Made by a program: the position numbers and the translations under genes. The notes under the pieces are model-generated. The model was not told the origin of the DNA, did not search any database, and saw only the letters and a list, made by a program, of their open reading frames with translations. Positions 25,856 through 38,767 of a DNA stretch of 64,000 nucleotides are shown here, piece after piece. Source of the DNA: Lama glama (lineage: Eukaryota); NCBI GenBank assembly GCA_028534125.1, contig CM052840.1:10540001-10604000 (forward strand). Direction: 5' to 3'. How positions within the stretch are numbered: the first letter of the stretch is position 1; each line of letters begins with the position of its first letter.

Positions 25856-27274
25856 CTCTTGACAAACTATGGCTAAAGTTCTAAGCTGACAGCCAGTTTG
25901 TTAACCATTATGTGTGACTTTGTGATAGTTAAAAAATGAGAGGTCTTTACTTTCAAATCCACATGCTCTAAGTTTTTCACGTAACCCACAAACATTTTCA
26001 AGGCACTTATCCTATGCCAACTACTGATGGGGTTAGGCAGATGGAAAAAGTATTTTTCTTTCCTTTACTGAGATTATTGAGTTTGTGTCATAAACCACAG
26101 TCTCTATATTCAGAAGCCATCTTAATAAATGTTTTTGGGTTTACACAATAGCTCTGTCATTTGAAACATAAAAATCAGTTGAACATCACAGCAATTAATA
26201 TTGACTAAACAACTCCAAACTTCAGCTAAGCAATGTTTCAATCGTATGGAGACAATCTGAATTTCAGCACCATCAAGAAACAATAGAAATACCTAATTCA
26301 AGATTTAAGAATGCATGTTAACTTTCACAGTGCAGTTTGGAAATTATGAAAGTATGCTTTCCCGTTGTCATTAACGGGCTTTTTGGGAGTCAAACTATTG
26401 TTCTGGTGTGTGGTGAGGAAAAAGACTCCAATGACTTCAGTGCCTTTGATCTTTTGAGTTTCTGAAGTTGTGGGATTTTGTATGCTACACTGATAATCTG
26501 GGAAAGTGCGCAATCACTATAAAAGGAAATTTTCTACCACTCCAAGAATAATCGTTTATAGCAAAACCACCCGAGAGAAACATGTGGGTACATAGCACCC
26601 TGAGGAAGACCAAAGATATTTTTACAACTGAGGATTGTTTTCTTCCCTTTGTATGAATCCATATGGTGCCGATTCAGACATCAGTCATGAGCAGTGCTGT
26701 CTTACTCAACCCCAAGAATAGAGTTCATATTTTGCTTCCAAATTTGGATAAAAGGAACTTTTTATTAGGAGTTAGCTGTTTTATCTTCCACAGCCCAATG
26801 ACTCCAGGTCAATGGCATGTAAATGCAACTGGAGTAGGATGGCAAACATAAATGAAGTAGTCGTGGAACATGGATTTTCAGCCGTGGATACATGCTGCTT
26901 GATCGACGCCCTGCACTTGCTGCTTCCTCTCCTGGATTCAGACGCCTGTGTGACTCTGCGAGGGATCATACTTCCTGCACAGTGAACAGTCCACCTGGTG
27001 CTGATCCTCATCATCATCTCGGGGCACCAGGGGTGAAGAACTGCTGCATCTCATTCACTCATCCATTCATTCTACAGAGAATGGTGAGGGAGATGCCTAC
27101 TGTTGGCTGAGGAGTCTGTCCCAAGAAAGAGATGGACTTTAAGTCCTCTCTTTGTCTTGAGCGTGTAGAGCCTCAGTGTTAGGTCACAGCATCAAGGCCC
27201 AGCTCCATATCTGATGTGTGACTTCTCTCAACTGAATTCTGTCCAGCTCCTCCCCCAACCCCAGCACAAACTTC

Positions 27275-27725
27275 CTCTGGGTCTGATGAAGCCTGAGATC
27301 TCTTTCTCAGAATAATGTTCCTAAGCTCAGAAATGTATAACACTACTTATTGTATATTTTATATTACATAATATATATTTTTAAACCAAAAGTGCGATAT
27401 AGATCTATATGGTCTTCTTTTTAACATACTAATAATAAGATCTAGAAGTAGGTGTAATAACTACCATAATTTTGAAGTAATGTTACATATAAGTGATATT
27501 CTGAGACATCTGTATGAACTGTAATGTGATGTGAAAATACCTCTCATTTCTATTGGTGACAAAGCTACTAGTTTGCTAATACTACTGTGGTTTGTTGTTC
27601 GTATTTGTAACGAAAGGGAAAGTGAAATTTCAGTTACAGGGTGGTTGAAATAAAGATGCACGTTTTTCCCATCCAAACTGACAAATTTTCCCAATTCACA
27701 GACTCCTCCAAGGTAAAGAAGTCCC
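27275..27725. mobile_element. hAT-Charlie non-autonomous element (MER119-like)
   Basis: taataactaccataattttgaagta..atttctattggtgacaaag..tgctaatactactgtggtttgttg..aaatttcagtta matches a recalled hAT consensus; exact name uncertain. Confidence 0.7.
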
Positions 27726-28749
27726 ATTAGAGATTTTTTAAAAATCTGCAACCACATAGAGCAAGCCAGTCCTCTTGAATTCTCCTGCTTCTCCTAAATT
27801 GTCTTTCAATCCACAAAATGACTTGTTTCTAGAATCTTCAGTAACCTTATCACTTTTCTAGCATAAGCTAGAATTCCTAATGAACCTAGGAAATTAGCAA
27901 GGTTTCCAGTTTATTACAACCAGCCCATGTAAGCCCAGAGGAATGAAGAATAAACTTGCAGGAACACCTTGGCATCCTCTAATAATAAAATTTTCTTTAA
28001 TTTTGGGATTAAAAAATCTGACAAGATGGTTCACTTTGTATTTTAAAGTCAAAGCAGTTTTTTTTTAAAAAGAGAATTAATTGAATTTTTTAAACAACAG
28101 TTTGATTTCCTTACTGAGAGGACCATTTTAAATAGGGAAGTGTAACACAAGGGATTAGTAACATAAGGGGAAAAAAACACCACCTTTTTCCAGGTCAAGT
28201 GACTCAGTTTGTCATTTGTTCAGCAGATGCTAGGTGTGTGTCTTTAGAGCTTTTTGAAGACTGTGCCTTTCAGCAGATAAGCCGGAGTCTCTGATCCTTG
28301 CTCCAAATTGGATGCAGCTGGATCTCAATAGAGAGACAACTAATTAAATACCAATTTTGCGCTAGGAAATAAAATGATAAGGAAGAAATGTCCTCTGTCC
28401 TTGAGAGGACTTAAAATTTAGTGAATGATAATTACATATTACAAAAAAATTTATGCAAGGACGACTAAAACCATGCTATACTGGACGGGGAGAAATACCT
28501 GAAATGTTGTAAAGAAAAGATTCGAGCTATTTTAATGACTAGACTTACATTATCAAACGGCTTTATTAACAAGGCAAAAATAATACCATACATTTTCAGA
28601 GCATCTGCAGACACCATTATAATTACCTGTTCTGGGCTCTTCACTATTCTTCCTAAAAACAGTGGCGCATGGCACCTTCCACATAGTACCTTTTCAATAC
28701 ATACTTACGAATAAGTGAATGAAAGTACAACATAGGAAGGGAAATGTGG

Positions 28750-28925
28750 AGGAGGGGGATTTGAAACACAGCTCTGCAACTTACTTGGCTGTATGACTTT
28801 TTGAAAGCTTTTAATCTCTCTAAGCCTTAGTTATCTCTTCTGTGAAATGGGGATCATAACAATAATGTTAGGATTTTTGTAAAGATTAGATGATTCCTAT
28901 AAAATGTTTAGCAAACAGTCATCTT
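28750..28925 (+). mobile_element. MIR SINE
   Basis: cagctctgcaacttact..gtatgactt..tctctaagccttagtt..tctgtgaaatgggga. Confidence 0.8.
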
Positions 28926-31900
28926 TCAAGAAATGTCAGCTATTGTCACGGAAGGAAGCATGTGAACTGATGTTTAGGACTGGGATGAAATACAATGATC
29001 CACGTCCACTGTATCGCTATGAAGAGTGAACGTGATAGACTGTAGACTTTCTCTAAGGCCACACTGTAAGTGTGAAAAATAGGAAGAGGTACGAATCCGA
29101 GTCTCCTGTGTTTCTTAGGTTAATGAGTTTTAATATCATCAGATAACCCTCTGACCTAGAGGTCAAAAGAGTCAATACCATTTGACCTTCTAAAACAAAT
29201 CAATGCTTCTTGTCTGCTTCCTTCAAAGTTTACATTCTCTGAGTTCACAGAAGTGAGATATCTTAAGTATTTTTTCCATACTGTTTGTCAAGTTGCAGTC
29301 TTGGGTATATGTGTCTGAAGCTACACATTTCTATATTGCTCCAAATATTTCATAAGGAGTAATGAGGGGTGGTCTCTGTAGGCTAGAGGACATGGCGTGA
29401 GACAAGAGCACATCCTCAGCAGGGGGGTTAAAATTGCCACAGACCTATTTTTCCCTCAGGTAGTCAGCTTGAGGGTGAATATTTTTCATCTGTTTATAGT
29501 CTATCAAATGGGATTTTTCTACAGGTATGAACCTAAATCAAGCAATAACCAATCTAGATTATTTTTATGTACCTAATTTCAATCATTTAGTTATAAGCTA
29601 ATGCTATAGACAGATGTTTGCTGTTTTTGTTTTTGTAAAAGCAAAGTAGTTTGCAAAGAAGTATTAATTCTTTTATGGGAGTTAAATGCAACCATGTATC
29701 TGAAAATATAAAGGATCGTGCTAGTGAAAACAACCATAATATCTTCTTCTTATTATTATTCAAAGAAAAAGCTCAATAGGGATCTGTTGAATGCATACTT
29801 GTATGAATGGTTATGCTCTAGGCTATCAAATATTACGGATCTCTTAATTAATAAAAGTGGTAGAAGATAAATTCCCAGGGTTGTGGGAAAGATTAAATTA
29901 GATAATATCCACAGTATGTCTATTATAATCTGGCACCTGTTAAACATTCAACAGATGTCAGATGAGTCTATTTGTAAGTGATTAATAAAAGAAAATTAAA
30001 GATCACTTGAAAATGTGATGATGTGATGAAATGAGATTCTTAACAAAAGCCAGTTGGAAGGGAAATCTCATGACAGAGCTGATGGATTTTTAAGCACAAT
30101 ATCACACATCTATCAACTTTCCCCAAATGCTGCTACTCTAATTCGAAAATATAATGCCTTACCCAGGGTTCATGCTATAAGTGCATAAAAGCGGAGCAAG
30201 GCGGCTTATTTTCCATAGATGAGATGAACTTCTTCACAGCCTTTCGAGTCACAGTTATAGAGCCAGATTGGATAACGTTTTTGATGCAGACGATGCAAGT
30301 CAACTTAGCATTTCACATGAGGCAGTCAAGTGTCCCCTGATCAATGTGTCCTCTTCCCACCCCCCTACTGTTTAAATAAATTGTAGGAGAGGAGCTGCTC
30401 TTGGAACTGCTATTAATCCATAACATCAAAGTCCTGTTTGGGAATATTTGTGTTCTTACTGTTATATCCTTCAAAAACTCTTCTTCAAGAGAATTTCCCC
30501 ATATGTTACAGATTTCCTTTGTTTCTAATTCCCTTGCATTCCTAATTCAGAAATATTTCCTTAATGTAACATACTCTTAAATTTGTCTTCTTATGAGGGT
30601 TATTGTGTCTCCCCAAATATTACGATCTTATATACTCGGCTTTACCTCTCAATTAGGTTTGTGCCTTCACAGAGGTTTCCCCTTCAGCCAGGAGATTTCT
30701 TTATTGGAAAATAAGTGAGAAAAGGGAGATGGAACCCAGAGTTTCTCTGACTGAAAGGATTTGGAAAGTGCTACACTAAAAAGTGAAAAACAGCCGTGGA
30801 GAGTCTTGGTCCTAGACTTTGGGTGATAAATCTTACCATTCCTCATACCCACCCCTCCCTTAGCCTCTAGGATTTATCTCTCCCTTTCTTATCGGCCATT
30901 ATCATACTGTTACAGCATTGTGTTTGGCTCCATAGTGACCCTGGATGAATCTTCCACTCTCATCCAAATTTTCCTAGCCTTGGGGCATTACGTAGTTCCA
31001 GACAGTAAATGGAAGGGCAGCAGAGGCTGATCTGGCTGAGAATGGGGGAGACATACAATGACCTCCCTTTCCTCTCAGACACCAAGGAATCTTCACTTTG
31101 TCCTAGAAAAAAAAAACACAAAACCTTTCTTCTATGATTTGAGGACACGACACCTCTTAGCAGAGTAAGTTGTACTGCAGAGAAGTAGTGATCAGAGGTT
31201 CCAAGGCTTCACTTACGCACACAAGGTCCTGAGCCCTTGGTGGGCAGCCCCTTGGCCTCCCCGGATCCACTCTTTCAGCAGCCTCAGGGTCAGTCTTTCT
31301 TGACACAGCTGTCATGGCTTCCCGCTCTCCAGTGTGCCTGCTCCCAGCCCAGTGTCCCTTCTGCCTTCTCCTATTCTCAGGTGTAACCTCAGCTTTTTAT
31401 CCCGAATGCGTTTGCTCTGGGCATTTCAGACATTGTGTTTTAAAAGTTCTTCTTTGAACTTTCTTGTAGGGCCCTCATGTTTAGTATGAGTTGTGTGGCA
31501 ATTGAATCAAAGGTGGCAAGGAGACAAGGGTGTTTCTGAAGCTAAAACTGCCAATTGGCTGAATTAGGATGAACATGCAGAAATGCTCACTGCCAGTCGC
31601 AGGTGATCCACTCTAAGAGTGATCATTATTTCTCTCTTGGGGGTACATTAATAGTTTGTACCTAGAATATGACTGATCTACGAAGGTAACAATAGTGCAA
31701 AGAAACAACGTATCAGTCATGAGTTTAAAAAAGGTTGGACTAAATTTTTGACCGTCTCTGAGCTTCTAAGAAGTAGATGATTAATGCTTCTTTTTTTTTT
31801 TTTAGCACATGTCTTAGTCTCCAGATACCACTAGGAGAAGCTATTCCAGCTTTTCCTGTTTTGAAACCAAATTTGCTTGGTTTCTGGAGGTACTATTGAT

Positions 31901-32381
31901 TGTCAGTGTGCAAAATGTACCTTTGTGGTCCTGAACTTGCATTTGAGACATGTTTTAAATGAAAGCTGGTTCTATTGATAAAACAGCTCATTAACTTCTC
32001 CCATAGAACAAACACAAGAAACCTTATTCTTTTTTGTTCTTTCTTTTCCCTGTATTCTGCCTCCCTTTATCCCACCCATCTCCTGACAGAGTAAAGATAA
32101 AGACTGCTTAAATAGGCTGCTTCAAATCTAAGAGTCAAGCTCATTAAAAGGGAAAGTGAGTTCTCTGCTAAATATGGTACTTTTCTTATTTTGCCAGGAA
32201 GCACCAATTCTGTAGATAAAAACAGAAATAAACCATTCTGAATGCTTTAGTCCCTTATTAAGACTCTAGAGTCTTTTTTCCAAAAGGAGGAGGATGCATA
32301 AAAGTTAGGGGGACATTTTTTAGCCATTTGGAGATTGGAGTCCCCCCTGATGGGGAGGCAGCATCACTTTTCAGTTTGCAT

Positions 32382-32398
32382 GCTGCCCCCTTCTGGTC
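32382..32398 (-). promoter_or_regulatory. CTCF core motif match
   Basis: Minus strand GACCAGAAGGGGGCAGC versus consensus CCASYAGRKGGCRS, in non-repeat DNA. Confidence 0.55.
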
Positions 32399-34493
32399 TG
32401 TATATACAGGAGGGTTAATAGTACATCAGATGTCTTTATTTCCATCCCACCACACTTGTGTGTGAGATACCTGCGCAGGCATGAGAATTTGCTTAAAAAT
32501 TCTCAGGGAATCTCACCAAAAGTTTATACTTGAAGCTAATTAGAGGAAATAAACTCATTTGGCTCTCGGATTTATATTTAAGAATATCAGTCTTTATACT
32601 GTCTCATATCCTTGTTGCTTCAACCGCCTTAGCTCCCACATGGCTCTGAGACTCCTCTCTACAAATAAGTGCTCCACCATACCACAGGCTGTGGGAAGTA
32701 TTCCAGAGCGGTGTGCATTTATGTGAACAGTTTGAGGACCATATTTTAGCCTATTGTTTGATCAGAATTAATTCTACACATTATTAGCTCAGGGTGCCCA
32801 ACTGACATTGAAAAAAAAAAAAGAAAAAGAACTCTTTGTCTGGTTTTGCTATCAGGATGATGGTGGCTGTGGTAGGAAGAGAAGTAGCTAAGCAAACAGG
32901 AAAGTAGATGGCACAAGAGGCCTGATTTATAATTACATACTTTCCCTTTCAAAACAATTTGTCTTATTTGCTGGAGCTTCATGTGATTTGTTTCAAGCCC
33001 AATACTCAGCACATTTTCCCCAGTTGAAACGCTCTGTTACTTTTCCCCTAAATCCTTAAAGGACTCTGATACTGAGGAAATGCCTGCAACCTGGGGTGAT
33101 TGTAGCAACCCTGGAATACAAACGTGGCTGGTCTAATTTGTTGTGTGCGTGTTCCTGTTCCTCTGAAGTCTCCTAGTGTCTGTCCTTGACCCAGGCTGGC
33201 CAGTCCTCTGCACATCAATGAGTACTCAGCACCCAGACTCAAGAGTCTAATTCCATTCCTTTGCCTGAGGAGGAAGATGCCTAAGGAAGAGGTGTTTAAA
33301 GAGATTTGAATGCATGTACCTCATTTAATATTACCAGATTTGTAACTTGAAGGTGTCTAAAATTCAGGCTGTACTAAGCTGCATAGGGAATGAATTTTTG
33401 AATACCTCTGTCAATGAAGAGTGATAGCATAAAACAATGAGCAACCAAAGCATTGTTTAAAACATCTCTTAATCCATACAAAGTATACATATTCACATTC
33501 ACGCAGTTGCTACCAAAATGCCCACCCTGCTTTAGAGTTTAAATAGTAAGAGGGAAGTGGGTCTCAATTTATTTCAGATGTTCTGTTCATGGAAGAGTGA
33601 CAAATATTCATAGTAATTCAAAACTACTACCCTTTTAACTACTGATAGAATTTAGTTGGGTCTATTAATTTATATTTATTTGAATAGGTAAATTCAGTTT
33701 CCTTCATGATGTAAAAAAAGAAAAATTTTATCTATAAAATCAAAAAAAATGTTCTCTCCTAAATATGATATGCACTTGCCATGTCTATTCTTTGATATGA
33801 TTTCAAAAATACTCTGTTAATTCATTAAAATCCAGCAGTGGCAAAAATAGGCAAAAAATAGTTTTCATGACTCCATGATATAGCTAAGCATACACTTCCC
33901 TAAATGACAAAGGAACATGTTTATCTGATTTTTTTTACAGGTCAGTGTAAATTCTCCATTGTAATATTTAAGACAACTACCTTTTTTTTTTAATACTTCC
34001 TATTTTTCTTGGTCAGGCACATGTCTTGGGGTAAGGACTGCCCTGATAACCAGGCATGAGTGAGGAATTGATTGTGAAGAATCAGTGGGTGGTTTGGATA
34101 TGATCTACTAAGAATCCACTGGGAAGAGTGTTATTGAGACTTCAGAAAACATTGGGGTTTTGTTTTGTTTTGTTTTTTGCAATTGCTCTTCCACCTGCTA
34201 TATATATTCTCTTACTGAACTAAAGTTCCAATCTGTGTATGTCTACTACTGCAGGAAAAGCTCTCTTTACAAGGGTTCAGAGAAGTTGAACTCCAGTACT
34301 TGGGGAATCACCCAAAACAAGACTAACCTTCTAAATGAGACTTTATTCAGTCCCCTCTGGCTTTTCCAGGGAAAGATTGAACCCATTAAGCAATGCTAAT
34401 TTAATCACAAGTAATCAAGAGGGGAAGAAGTTATATAACCATCTTCAAAATTCAAAATCAAACATGGTCAAGTCCCAAGAAATAGTTTTTTTT

Positions 34494-34523
34494 CGTTTGT
34501 TTGTTTGTTTGTTTGTTTGTTTT
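34494..34523. repeat. (TTTG)n microsatellite
   Basis: About six tandem tttg units. Confidence 0.9.
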
Positions 34524-35194
34524 TTACAAAATTCATGCTTCAGAATAAAAGGAGAAAGAGAAAGAAATAGCCAGAAGTCCACCAATTTTAGGATCAAATA
34601 AAATCACAGCAAAAATTGACATTTCCCTTACAAGTGTCATATTTATGGCACAGTTCTAATTCATGACATTTCAAAGTAGCAAGACATGAGGTCCTGGAAT
34701 TCATCCTGTCTGCGGGTGCACAATATAAATAAATGCACTTTCAACTGTAAAAATAAATCAGGTACACAAGGATGGTGTTTGACAACCACATTCTCTCTTT
34801 CTCTCCTTCAACCACAGCATAATGATGCAATGATATTTCACTCATGAGCTTAGTCCATCTTGGCCACATGCTTTAAAATCAAAACCATTCCCAAGTCCAC
34901 TGTGGTTCCTATTCCTGTGGGGAGGATATTAACCTGATCTGGGTAGGTGGGAAAAGTTCAAAGACTGCTTTCCAACAATCAGACAATGTTTGACTTGCTA
35001 TAGGTCATAACTATAATGGAAATCACCACGAGGTATATAAATCGGCTGCACGGCAACACACAGATGTTGATTTGTTTTTTTAAAGGGATCATGTTCAAGT
35101 TTGAAGGTCCTTGCTTTACATCCGTGGATAATTCAATAGGTGCATACAACTTGTGGCCCCAGACACATGCCCACAGCTTTAATTATCTAGGGTG

Positions 35195-35680
35195 AGTCAG
35201 GCGCGACATTTCACTCAGCGCTTTCTCTTCTTGCGGGCAACAGGATAAACCACGTCAATTACTGTGAGGCGCCTGGTGAAGGTGGAAATCAGAGAGAGCG
35301 TCTGAGGCAGCCTGGGCGTGACAAGCGCATACCTGCTTTGACGCGATGGCGCGGTCCTGGGGTCCCTGTCCGCCTCCAAGCTGTGTGGTCCCAGCACGGC
35401 GAAAGCTGAGTCACCGCCGACGTGTCGGGGCTGCAGGCGCCCAGGGAACCGAGCGCAGGCAGGAGCGCACGGAGAAGGGGTGCAGCAGGCAGCGCGCGCG
35501 GGGCGCTCAGGGCGGAGCGCAGGGCAGGCAGAGGCGCGCGGAGCCCTAGCTCCGTGCTCCGCGCTGTCCCCGCGCTTTGCGAGTGCTATCCACTCTGAGC
35601 CCCGAGCAAACCGCGCCAGCCGCCCCCCTGCATGGTCCCGCTCCGCACTTGTTTCCCATCTAATCCACAAACGCTGCCAC
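35195..35680. promoter_or_regulatory. CpG island / promoter
   Basis: Only CpG-dense, GC-rich, non-repeat stretch in the window. GC box on the minus strand (GGGGGGCGGC, ~35619-35628); AP-1 sites TGAGTCA at 35193 and 35407. Confidence 0.9.
35333..35600 (-). other. Probable non-coding first exon of an unidentified minus-strand gene
   Basis: GC box just upstream, and a good donor AAAGCAG|GTATGC at 35333/35332 at the island edge. TSS position is an estimate. Confidence 0.5.
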
Positions 35681-37019
35681 ACACACTGTTTCCCTTTCCC
35701 TCCTTCCAGTCTGTGGATTTACTGCCTTGTGGTCAGCTGCAACGTTTTTCTTAGCAGATTTCCAGTCCAAACCTCCCTGTTTATGTAGAGAAATTCTCCA
35801 TCCCGTAAACCCACAAAACCCACTCATTCCCTTCAGATCTTCTTCCTCCTTTTGTTGACGGGTTTGCAATGTGAAGAATGTACAAAGCCTGTGTGAGATT
35901 AGTCCTCATTCACACACACATCATCACCATCATCCCAGGCTCCTTTTGTTTTGAATAACTGAGGCTCAGTGAAATTAAAAGCAAGCTGAGCCTACTAACC
36001 TAAGTGAGAAATCAACTAATAAAACCTTGAATGAATTCAGTACAAAACATTCAATGCTTGAGTTTGTTTTCTGTTCCAAATAGCTCTTTGGTCGTCATCC
36101 TTACTTTTGTTTATTGAATGCAGAGGGTTTTTTTGTTTTTTGTTTTTTTTAACGCAAATCAGACTCTTCGGCATCCAGAGAACTTGGAAAAAGGACGCCA
36201 GACGATACTCTGCTGCGTGGGCTCGCTGTGTCAAACCAGAGGGCTCCAGAGCTGCCTGCATTCTTCCTCTTGGAATATTTTTTTGGTCTCTCCACTGATA
36301 GGCTCAAGACTGAGACTCTGTGTGCTTCACAAGCCAAAGAAGACTAGTCAGACTCTGCTGATAAAATTTTCTGGATTACATTTTTCATTGACTGTATATG
36401 TCAATAGAGATAAACCTTTACCCTCCTCAGCAGAGAAAGAGCCCAAGAAAATGTTGAGATTTTTTTACAAACTTGGCTGGGGAAATTAAGAACAAAATAA
36501 AGTTACACTGTGTTTTATAAAATAGGCCCTACCTTCGCCTTTTACCCCAAATTCATTTTCACTGGTGCCTATGGAAATTTTAATGACAGTTATTCTTGAC
36601 AAGAAGCCATTGCTTCTGAAATCACTGAGCTCTATTTTGATATTTGACTTGAAATTTTTTCCCGATGTTGTCCCCTTTTATACTATTTGGTGTTTGGTGT
36701 TCTGATTCCAGCCTAACTCATAACACATTTTGTTGCAAAATCACAGGAAACAATAATTAGTTCTTGAAATGTATTATTTCCAAACAGACTACCTTCTTAT
36801 TTGGGCACATTCCAGGAAGACTTCTTCTGAGAATAGGTCAACATAAAATAGCTGAAATTGACAAAAGAAATATAAAACAAAACCACATTTGGCCATTGGT
36901 TTCTGCCAACCACATCCAACTTCAAATGGCGTATCCTTATTGCTTTAATAACTCCAGTCCATTCCCTATCTTTAGGTAAGCTGTTAAAAAAACAAAAACA
37001 AAAACACAAAAAACACTGT

Positions 37020-37200
37020 CATAAACCTTTGAATGTGTAGAGTGCATTTCCTCTAATGGTCTTATCAATCTTAGAAACAAAGGAGTCATAGGTAACACTT
37101 TTCAGATTTTCCAGTGGAGAAATAGAGTCAGAGAAGGATGAAGTGACCTGCGTTAGGTTATGATGGTAGACAGTGAACAGAGATGGGAGATTGGATGACT
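37020..37200 (-). mobile_element. MIR SINE
   Basis: ..ttttccagtggagaaatagagtcagaga..aagtgacctgc..aggttat reverse MIR core. Confidence 0.65.
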
Positions 37201-37964
37201 GATTTCCTTATCTTTTTGAGATTATTTCTCTATACAAACTATTAACTAAAAAGTAAATGAAATGTTCCAGCCCGCCTTTGCACAACAGAGCTAACAATTC
37301 ATGAAATCATCTGACCAACCTGATAAACAGTTATTTTACATATGATCTGGGACAGATCATGATTTGTTCAGATAAGTTGCCAATAATTTGTACTCTCATA
37401 GAATTTCCTTGTAAGAAAAAAGAAAATAGTCTGATAAAAACAAGCAGGTTGTTATAGTTTCTGTTATTTTAGGGGCTCAGTATAGCTCTTTATGTCACTG
37501 GAAAGACAGTGTAAATAAAATCATGGATAACACAAAGTTAAGATAAATCTTAAACATCGTTTTAGGTGATAATACAAGCCTTCTTTTCCTCAGATAAAGA
37601 GCAAAACCAGATGATGAAGGAGACACCTCATGCACCCAATCAGCTGTATAATTAGGAGAAAACAGATCATTCATATTTACTTATCCTACATTCATTCTTT
37701 TTATCATTTTGCTACATTAAAAAGATTTTTTCGAAGACATTCCTCAAATGCTGCAGTTCAGTTAGCCCTTTATAAATGGCTAGACTGTGGTAATAAGAAA
37801 AACTGCATCTCAGCATGGATAATAGTGGCCTGCTTTGCAGAAAAATCCCATTTTATTCTCCACGCATTCAGTCACATCAGGATTATCCTTTTAGTTCAGT
37901 GTGGCACTTTTTACACAAGACAGTCACAAATTGGTGTATATTCAGAGGAGTTGATAAGGCATGA

Positions 37965-38140
37965 TTCTGCATATTTTCTTACTTGAATCTTTGAACAACT
38001 TTATAAGGGATATAGGGTAAGTGTTGTTAGCCTAATTTTTTAGATAGAGTTTGTATAGTAAAGTAACATAATTTAGTTACGGTTATTGGCACTAAAGGAT
38101 GGGACAATTCTGAAATGAATTCCAAGTCCAGTGCTCTTCT
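37965..38140 (-). mobile_element. MIR SINE fragment
   Basis: aatctttgaacaactttataagg..aattttttagatagag..ccaagtccagtgctctt. Confidence 0.55.
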
Positions 38141-38636
38141 GGAGAGAAATTAAAGGAGGGGGACAAAATTCAGGATAGAGAAGGACTTCTCATCATTAGA
38201 GCATTCAAGCAATTTCAAGCATTCAAAGATTTCCTGGCAAATTGATAATTTCCCAGTCATTGAAGTGGTCAGGAAAAGGGCTCACAATCATCTAAAGAGA
38301 TTATGAAAGCATTATTAAAAAGGTCAGACTAGATGATCCAGGTTTTATTTATAATTTCATTGAATGAGCTTCATGAAACATTATTAAGTTTTTTAAAAGA
38401 TTATGATTAGCTCTAAATATATTTCTGGACTAAAGGTGATAATATATGATCTTTTTCACATATCTCAATAAGTTCTCTGATGAATATGTATATTTGTAAT
38501 AAGAAAAAACTTTCAAAATAATATAGAAGAAAAAGAAGTTAGAATTTTTCCTCTATTATTCATAGATACAAAGTTCCTACATAACTAGTATACTGAAGAC
38601 TGATTCCACTTCTGGTGCTATAAGCCTCACATTCTT

Positions 38637-38767
38637 TTTTTTTTTTTTTGGAGGGGAAGCTACTTTTTAAAAAATACTAATTTATTTTTAATAGAGGTGC
38701 TGGGGTTTGAACCTAGGACCTTGTGTATGCTAGGCAAGCACTCTACCACTGTGCTATACCCTCCCAC
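38637..38767 (-). mobile_element. Vic-1-type camelid SINE with 15-bp TSD
   Basis: Same tRNA-derived head as 21129-21263. TSD aagcctcacattctt at 38622-38636 and 38768-38782. Confidence 0.95.

Noticed and set aside
35215-35682. 155-aa Arg/Ala/Pro-rich ORF and overlapping ORFs in the CpG island
   Set aside because: Expected from stop-codon scarcity in GC-rich DNA; no recognisable domain, and it reads through the likely donor.
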